This document shows positions 24,296 through 29,383 of a DNA stretch of 29,383 nt, one piece after another; position 1 is the first letter of the stretch, and each line of letters begins with the position of its first letter. The notes beneath the pieces are model-generated. The model worked only from the letters and a program-made list of their open reading frames with translations, was not told where the DNA came from and searched no databases. The stretch comes from a virus (taxonomy: Duplodnaviria > Caudoviricetes), in IMG/VR virus record IMGVR_UViG_3300020042_006910, positions 1-29,383 of that record. One strand, 5' to 3'. The position numbers and the translations under genes were made by a program.

Positions 24296-25122
24296 TTCTG
24301 GCGCGTCTTCTTCGTGGCAAGCGGTAAGGTTGCTGTCTGGATCGGAGTGTTGAATGCCGCGGCTTCACGGTGCGGTGGTTCGGGTTGCTTGGCTGGAGGT
24401 GTCCAAAATTCGGCAGCGCGGCAACTGACAAGCTCGCCCGCAACGCGTGGATTGAATGAAGCGATTTCGCCTTCTGAATAGGCTTCGGATTGAGCGCACG
24501 CGTTGCGCTTGAATCTGACAAATACTTTTCCGTTTGGTTCCATATCGTTGTCTCGGTTGTGAAAGATTAGGGAGAGTCCCATGATGTGAGCGGCGTCGAT
24601 TGCGCCGTTTCTGATAGCGTTGTAATACTTGGCGTGATCGTTTCGGAGTCGGGTTTTCCATTCTCGCCCGCTTGCGTGTTCGCCACCACCGTCGATCCCG
24701 ACCATGTAAACGGTTTTGATTCCCATGACGTGGAGGATTTGCAACGCGCTCCCGAGTGTTCCGCGCCGGATGCACGGCAGCTTGGCAATTTCTTCCCGTG
24801 GCAATGCAAGCCGGGTGTCGTCTGACTTGTCAGCGTAGGTGACAACCTCGCAAGCAACCGCGCCCGCAATCCTCGAATCGTATTCGTGAAGACACCTGGC
24901 AGGCTGGAAAAGGATTTGCCCTGGCTGATAGGCATTGGCCCAAAGGCGAACGCCATCATTGGAAAATCCATATTTACAATCGGGAACATGAGCGATTACG
25001 TCATTGATTGCGACCCGTAACGGGCCTGCGGTTTTGAAATCAAAGTCTGAAAATGATGGTCCTTTGCCAAACAACCAGGCTGTTTCGCCTGCGTGACGGT
25101 TGAGAAAATCAGCTAGGACCAT
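24292..25122 (-). CDS. Maf/DUF115/CstII-like glycosyltransferase-fold domain fused to a small post-capsid domain
   Basis: GKGPS, VAIND, GFSND, ALQILHVMGIKTVYMVGIDG in the first ~190 aa; C-terminal VRFKR...YSEGEIASF...AGELVSCRAAE plus Pro/Lys tail. Confidence 0.7.
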   Translation of the reverse strand: MVLADFLNRHAGETAWLFGKGPSFSDFDFKTAGPLRVAINDVIAHVPDCKYGFSNDGVRLWANAYQPGQILFQPARCLHEYDSRIAGAVACEVVTYADKSDDTRLALPREEIAKLPCIRRGTLGSALQILHVMGIKTVYMVGIDGGGEHASGREWKTRLRNDHAKYYNAIRNGAIDAAHIMGLSLIFHNRDNDMEPNGKVFVRFKRNACAQSEAYSEGEIASFNPRVAGELVSCRAAEFWTPPAKQPEPPHREAAAFNTPIQTATLPLATKKTRQK

Positions 25123-25129
25123 GGGTGAT

Positions 25130-25161
25130 GGGCGCGGGCGGGTCAGTCTCCACCCGCGCCC
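25130..25161 (-). promoter_or_regulatory. Strong 12-bp hairpin between the capsid gene and the next gene
   Basis: GGGCGCGGGTGG-8 nt loop-CCGCCCGCGCCC on the minus strand, no U-tract. Confidence 0.65.
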
Positions 25162-25170
25162 GGTTAGTGG

Positions 25171-26487
25171 TTACGCTGTGAGCGCGTCGAGCATGGCGGC
25201 GAACGACTCGGCGCGGCGAACGCCTGCGTCGTAGTAGGTGTTTGCCACGAGGTGACGTTGGCCGGCCTTGGCGTCCGTGGAATCACGAACGACTTCCAGC
25301 ATGATCCCGCCCCAATAGCCGATCACGAAATCTGCGGCATTGCCGAAGAAGATCGCGGAGCTAAGGGACTGGTTGCCCTTGGTGAGCGTGGACTTGATCG
25401 CATTGGTGACGCTGGCAGGATAGCCGTTTAGCGGTGCTTCCGGCGTGCGGCGATCCCAAACGCGGACAGAATCCGTGCTTGCGACAGCAGCGGTTTTCTT
25501 GAGCTTACCGCGAACCTTGGCGTTCGTGAAGTAGCGCACCTGGCCCTCAAGCGCGTTGTCGATGGCGACCGCGGTCTCAAGGTCGATGATGTCCGCTTCG
25601 TCGGGTGCCGCGCCGTTGGTTCCGCCGACAACCGATCCGATGCCGGAAGTGGCGGCAATGCCTGTAGGCTCATCGGTGCCTGCGCCGTGGAAGAAAGCGA
25701 TTTCCTTGACGCTGTTCATTGCCTTGCTGATTTCTCCGCCCACGAAAATCTCAATGTTTTCGGGGGTCTGCGCCATGAGTCGATCTGAAATCACCGCGTA
25801 ACCGGCGAGGCGGCGAGGCGACAGGTTAAGGTCCGTCATGGTTCCGGCAACGTCGCCAGCGGCTTCGTTTTCGGTTTTCTTGGCAGGTGCGGAGCCTTGA
25901 ACGTAACGCGGGATGTCAAGGTTATTGACAAGGCCGGTCAAGACCAATGCGCCAGCTTGCTCAAGAACGCTGGAGTTGTAGAAGTCGCCAAGCAATCCGC
26001 GCTTTTCGGTGCCGACAAGGACTCCGCCGTATTGATCGGTGGTGCCTCCGGTAACGGATAGGTTGGCGCGGCGTTCGAGCGTCGGCTTTAGGAGCATGGA
26101 TGGAAGCGCGAGGCCGGAACCGTTGATACCGGCGGCGCGGATTTCCTTTTCACCTTCAGCGATCATTTCGGCTTCGACGCCGTCAATGGTGGAAGGCTTT
26201 CCACGACTCACGCAGTCGAGGTGATGGACGATTTTTCCGAGAGAGAAACCGTTGATGTCCCGTTGTTCGCCGGGAGTTAGGACAGGCGGAAGTTTCGCGG
26301 CTTCAGCGAACGAGCGCATTTCAGCGTCGATCACTTTGTTGAGGCCCGAGACTTCGCCTTCGATTCCGGCGAGTTGGGTTTCTTCTTCCGGGGTGAACGC
26401 TCGAAGTTCGGTTGTTACCTTGTCGAGGATTTCGCGGCCTTGCTTCATCAGCGCGTTCCGCTTTTCTTGCAGTGCTTTCAGTTTCAT
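25171..26487 (-). CDS. Major capsid protein, HK97 fold
   Basis: Coiled-coil delta domain, GGVLV, ISDRLM, GAGTDEPTGI, LNGYP, FFGN; follows the protease. Confidence 0.96.
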   Translation of the reverse strand: MKLKALQEKRNALMKQGREILDKVTTELRAFTPEEETQLAGIEGEVSGLNKVIDAEMRSFAEAAKLPPVLTPGEQRDINGFSLGKIVHHLDCVSRGKPSTIDGVEAEMIAEGEKEIRAAGINGSGLALPSMLLKPTLERRANLSVTGGTTDQYGGVLVGTEKRGLLGDFYNSSVLEQAGALVLTGLVNNLDIPRYVQGSAPAKKTENEAAGDVAGTMTDLNLSPRRLAGYAVISDRLMAQTPENIEIFVGGEISKAMNSVKEIAFFHGAGTDEPTGIAATSGIGSVVGGTNGAAPDEADIIDLETAVAIDNALEGQVRYFTNAKVRGKLKKTAAVASTDSVRVWDRRTPEAPLNGYPASVTNAIKSTLTKGNQSLSSAIFFGNAADFVIGYWGGIMLEVVRDSTDAKAGQRHLVANTYYDAGVRRAESFAAMLDALTA

Positions 26488-26505
26488 ATTTTGTTTCAGT
26501 TTGTG

Positions 26506-27177
26506 TTATGCGGTGGCAGGCTGATGTAATAGGCCCAGTCGCCGCTGCCAGTGGCTCAGGGAGTGGTTTTGCGCGGGCGGCTCCGGTGCTTCCGGTTCGT
26601 GTTCCGTGCGAAATTCTTCAAGTGATCGGAGAGCAACAGTAGCGTCCGGGTATGCTGGATAGGTGACTGGCGAAACGTCGTAGAGTCGCGCAACCTTGGA
26701 GATGGTGCGGGTCGCAATGTATGGCCCTTCACCTTGGCGAGTCTCTTCCCACTTCTGTCCGTCCTTGCTAACCGTGAAGGAGAACGATGATTGATCAACG
26801 TCCCCTCGCTTCAGGCTGGTGACAAGATCGCGCCCGACTTGGGTGTCCGGTGCGTCAAATTCATACCATAGGCCAACCGCATCAACCCCGATGGAAAGCG
26901 ATCCCTCGCCATTCTTGGAGCGTGCGAGGATGGCCGATGATTCGTGGTTGAAAAGAGCGCGAACATCATCCCCTAGAACATCGTCAAACGCTCCCGGCTC
27001 AATGACTTCGTAGAACTGATAGTCTGCGCTTCCAAGGTTCTCGCTGCGGCTGTTGAATTTCGCCGCATATCCCCGCACTTTCGGCGCGGTGTCCGATTCA
27101 GCGGCAGCGCGGAGTTCAACGGAAGCCGCTAGAAAGCGGGACTCGCGCTCTGGAAGTTTTGGTAAAGTTGGTTTCAT
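26506..27177 (-). CDS. Prohead maturation protease, HK97 family
   Basis: GYAAKFN, EVIEPGAF, ALFNH, SSFSF, LYDVSPVTYPAY. Confidence 0.96.
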   Translation of the reverse strand: MKPTLPKLPERESRFLAASVELRAAAESDTAPKVRGYAAKFNSRSENLGSADYQFYEVIEPGAFDDVLGDDVRALFNHESSAILARSKNGEGSLSIGVDAVGLWYEFDAPDTQVGRDLVTSLKRGDVDQSSFSFTVSKDGQKWEETRQGEGPYIATRTISKVARLYDVSPVTYPAYPDATVALRSLEEFRTEHEPEAPEPPAQNHSLSHWQRRLGLLHQPATA

Positions 27178-27189
27178 GGGTTGGAATGG

Positions 27190-27552
27190 TTACGCTTCAG
27201 CGGCAATGACTTGAATCCTAACGCTCGCGGTGTCGGCCTTGGCATACATGGTCGCGCTTGACGGACTAATCAGGATTGCCTTGCCTGCCAGGATCTTCAG
27301 CTTGAAAACGGTTAGCCCGCTATCCCCGCCGATCTCGACAAAGTTCGTGGCGTCAAGGTTCTGAATTAAGACCATCGACGGTGCGCCGCTGATCTCGGCA
27401 AAGTCCACGACTTCGGAGCTTGTGCCGATTACCTGCGTTCCTTGCAGCATATCGTCGCCCGCCATCGTGGTGTTGCCGCTTGTTGATTGCGAGACAACCG
27501 CGCCACCTTTGCGGGCGGTTAGTTCGAGAGCGTAGTAAAGTTCGTTGGCCAT
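27190..27552 (-). CDS. Small beta-rich protein, possible capsid decoration/spike base
   Basis: 120 aa, mostly predicted beta strands, inserted between portal and protease. Confidence 0.6.
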   Translation of the reverse strand: MANELYYALELTARKGGAVVSQSTSGNTTMAGDDMLQGTQVIGTSSEVVDFAEISGAPSMVLIQNLDATNFVEIGGDSGLTVFKLKILAGKAILISPSSATMYAKADTASVRIQVIAAEA

Positions 27553-27555
27553 GGG

Positions 27556-28890
27556 TCAGGGTGTCGGTTCTGGTTCGTTCGGAGTCTCTTTGGCTTGTGC
27601 CGCGCCTCCGGTGTTATTGAAGGGAAGGGTGTAATCGTTTCCGATATACTCATCATCGAGTTCGTTTTCATCCAGTCGGCGGCGGATGTCGTTGACGGAA
27701 TAGACTCCGATGCCGCGCATGGCCTGGAGGAATGCGGCTTGCGCTTCCGGCGCGAGTTCGAGCAAAGCACGACGGTTGAACTTGAAATGAAGTCCGGCCC
27801 GCTGTTCATCGCTGGTTAGAAGCGTGTAGTTCAGCGAGTCCTCCCAGTGGACAAGGATCGGATTCAGGCAGATCTTGAGGAAGGACTGCATCATTTCCGC
27901 CATGCCCGTCCCCCATGAAGTCGTTTTCGTGGTGTCGTTGATCAGAAACGATGGAATTTGATAGTGCCGGGCAATCTCTTCCAATTCAAAGCGGCGGCTT
28001 TCGAGGAATTGAGCGTCAACCATCGTCATGCCGCCGGTCTGCTTAAAGTCCCATCCGCCATGCAACATCGGGACTTTGCCAGCGTTCAACGCGCCCGCTG
28101 ATTGAGATTGCCATTGCTGCCGCGCATCGTCCAACTGCGGCTTGGTCATTGAGTCTGGAGCGGTTAAAAAGCCGGGAAAGGATGCTCCGTTCTTCATCAA
28201 CCGGCCCGCCGCTTCGGATTGTGCGATGGAAGTTCCAACGGCATTCCGAAGCAGGCGGACAGGCGACAGTCCGACAACCCCATCAGTGGAAAAGCCTTTG
28301 ATATGAATAATGTCGTAACGGGTAAGCGGTTGCCGCTCGCCCTGAACGTGATAGGCAACCATCCTTTGTCCTTGAACTTTGCGCGGGTCAACGCCGCAAG
28401 GCGAAAGCCATTCGAGTTCAACCGGATCGCCCATGCCGTCGCGGTGGACTCGGCAATATCCGTTTCCGCCCAAGCCTTTCCCGACCTCCATCAGCGTCCG
28501 AAGCTCGCTGCCAGTGTGGATTTCTGAAGGTTGCTTGACGACTTGTGCCGATGCGTGATCAGTCACGACTTCGCTGCCTTTATCGGTCTGGCGCATCAGC
28601 TTCAGAGGAAGCGATCCGACAAGGTTAGACAGGAGCTTTACACAAGCCAGAACGCCAGCCACTCCGGTTGCACTGGATTCGTTGACTGCTATTCCCGCGC
28701 CAGATTGTGAATTTAGAAGGACATGCAACTGCCCTTTCAGCGGGTCGGTCAGCGTGTAGGACGAGGAGAGAGAAGACCGAAACTCGCGCCGGGGAGGAAG
28801 CCGAAGAATCGGAACCGCCCCGGCACGTTCGTCCAAACGCGAATCAGCGCCAACATCGCCTTTTCGCGCTCTGAGTATGTTTCCCAACAT
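27556..28890 (-). CDS. Portal protein, HK97 family
   Basis: SLPLKL, GNGY, IIHIK, GLSP, QFLESR, EIARHYQIP, SWGTG, NDIRRRLD; first ATG at 28890. Confidence 0.96.
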   Translation of the reverse strand: MLGNILRARKGDVGADSRLDERAGAVPILRLPPRREFRSSLSSSYTLTDPLKGQLHVLLNSQSGAGIAVNESSATGVAGVLACVKLLSNLVGSLPLKLMRQTDKGSEVVTDHASAQVVKQPSEIHTGSELRTLMEVGKGLGGNGYCRVHRDGMGDPVELEWLSPCGVDPRKVQGQRMVAYHVQGERQPLTRYDIIHIKGFSTDGVVGLSPVRLLRNAVGTSIAQSEAAGRLMKNGASFPGFLTAPDSMTKPQLDDARQQWQSQSAGALNAGKVPMLHGGWDFKQTGGMTMVDAQFLESRRFELEEIARHYQIPSFLINDTTKTTSWGTGMAEMMQSFLKICLNPILVHWEDSLNYTLLTSDEQRAGLHFKFNRRALLELAPEAQAAFLQAMRGIGVYSVNDIRRRLDENELDDEYIGNDYTLPFNNTGGAAQAKETPNEPEPTP

Positions 28891-28976
28891 TCTCCGCACG
28901 GACAATCGGTTAACGCAATTTGATTACAAACGCAAGAAAATCTTTTTGCAATCGCTTTGCGCAAAAGAAAACCCCG

Positions 28977-29383
28977 CTACCAAAAGGAAAAACCTGGGGC
29001 AAGCGCAGGAGTTTCCGGCCTGGTAATCGCCCGGCCAATGCAGAAAAGCGAGCCAATGACGGGGTCGATTTTGTTTCTGACCGTCTCCTTGTTCGGGTAG
29101 ACGTTGTCCTTTTTGTCGGCTTTCCCGGTCACATTCGAGACTGCCCATGCCAAAACCGGATCCCCATTGTGATCAATCGCGCCGTCGCGGATGAACGCAT
29201 CCAACCGTTTCATCGGCTCGGACATGGTCAGAATTGTCTGCCGGTATTGAACGACGGGGATTCCCTTGAGTCGCATTTGTTCCTCGACTCCCCATGCGCG
29301 GGTCGGGTCGGTTAGCGTTTCCTCGACCTTGAACTTCTTCACGATCTCGTCAACGTCGGCAATCACGGTTTCCATGCTCGTCA
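28977..29383 (-). CDS. Terminase large subunit, C-terminal nuclease part (truncated by window edge)
   Basis: DP, MSEPMK, HNGDPVLAWAVSN, KIDPVIG; reading frame open to the window edge. Confidence 0.93.
   Translation of the reverse strand, partial: TSMETVIADVDEIVKKFKVEETLTDPTRAWGVEEQMRLKGIPVVQYRQTILTMSEPMKRLDAFIRDGAIDHNGDPVLAWAVSNVTGKADKKDNVYPNKETVRNKIDPVIGSLFCIGRAITRPETPALAPGFSFW

Larger units (their letters stand above)
1..29383 (-). mobile_element. Siphovirus-like phage or prophage genome segment (packaging, head, tail, lysis, early, recombination, replication modules)
   Basis: Canonical terminase-portal-protease-capsid-connector-tail-lysis order plus DnaB and RecE-like genes; no host housekeeping genes. 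Confidence 0.97.

Noticed and set aside
299-29315. All plus-strand ORFs in the track (e.g. 1334-1969, 6637-7221, 10398-10931, 10604-11188)
   Set aside because: Shadows of well-supported minus-strand genes; no protein motifs
20178-29383. Gene transfer agent cluster
   Set aside because: Short tail and HK97 head are GTA-like, but the genes are contiguous with phage replication, recombination and early modules

Overview
About 29 kb of a tailed dsDNA phage (HK97-type head, non-contractile tail), with essentially every gene on the minus strand and joined by ATGA stop/start overlaps. In transcription order (right to left): terminase large subunit (3' part), portal, a small beta-rich protein, prohead protease, major capsid, a Maf/CstII-like glycosyltransferase domain fused to a small post-capsid domain, head-tail joining genes, tail tube, a -1 frameshifted tail chaperone, a short 440-aa tape measure, tail-tip genes, a fucosyltransferase-superfamily-like gene, fibre/adhesin genes and a lysis cassette (holin-like, cupin, DUF1353, CHAP endolysin). 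After an intergenic control region come small early ORFs, a RecE-like recombination module, an SF2 helicase-DNA methyltransferase fusion, an MT-A70 methyltransferase, a replication initiator with a likely internal origin, DnaB and an SSB-like gene. No integrase or CI-type repressor is visible in the window. The most notable signals are (1) two glycosyltransferase-like genes inside the virion operon, suggesting a virion glycosylation system; (2) a densely base-paired plus-strand region at 1-490 that looks like a structured ncRNA; (3) a promoter plus structured leader plus coupled uORF in front of the MT-A70/replication operon. All protein calls come from motif recognition by eye; no database searches were run, and the host cannot be assigned from this window.
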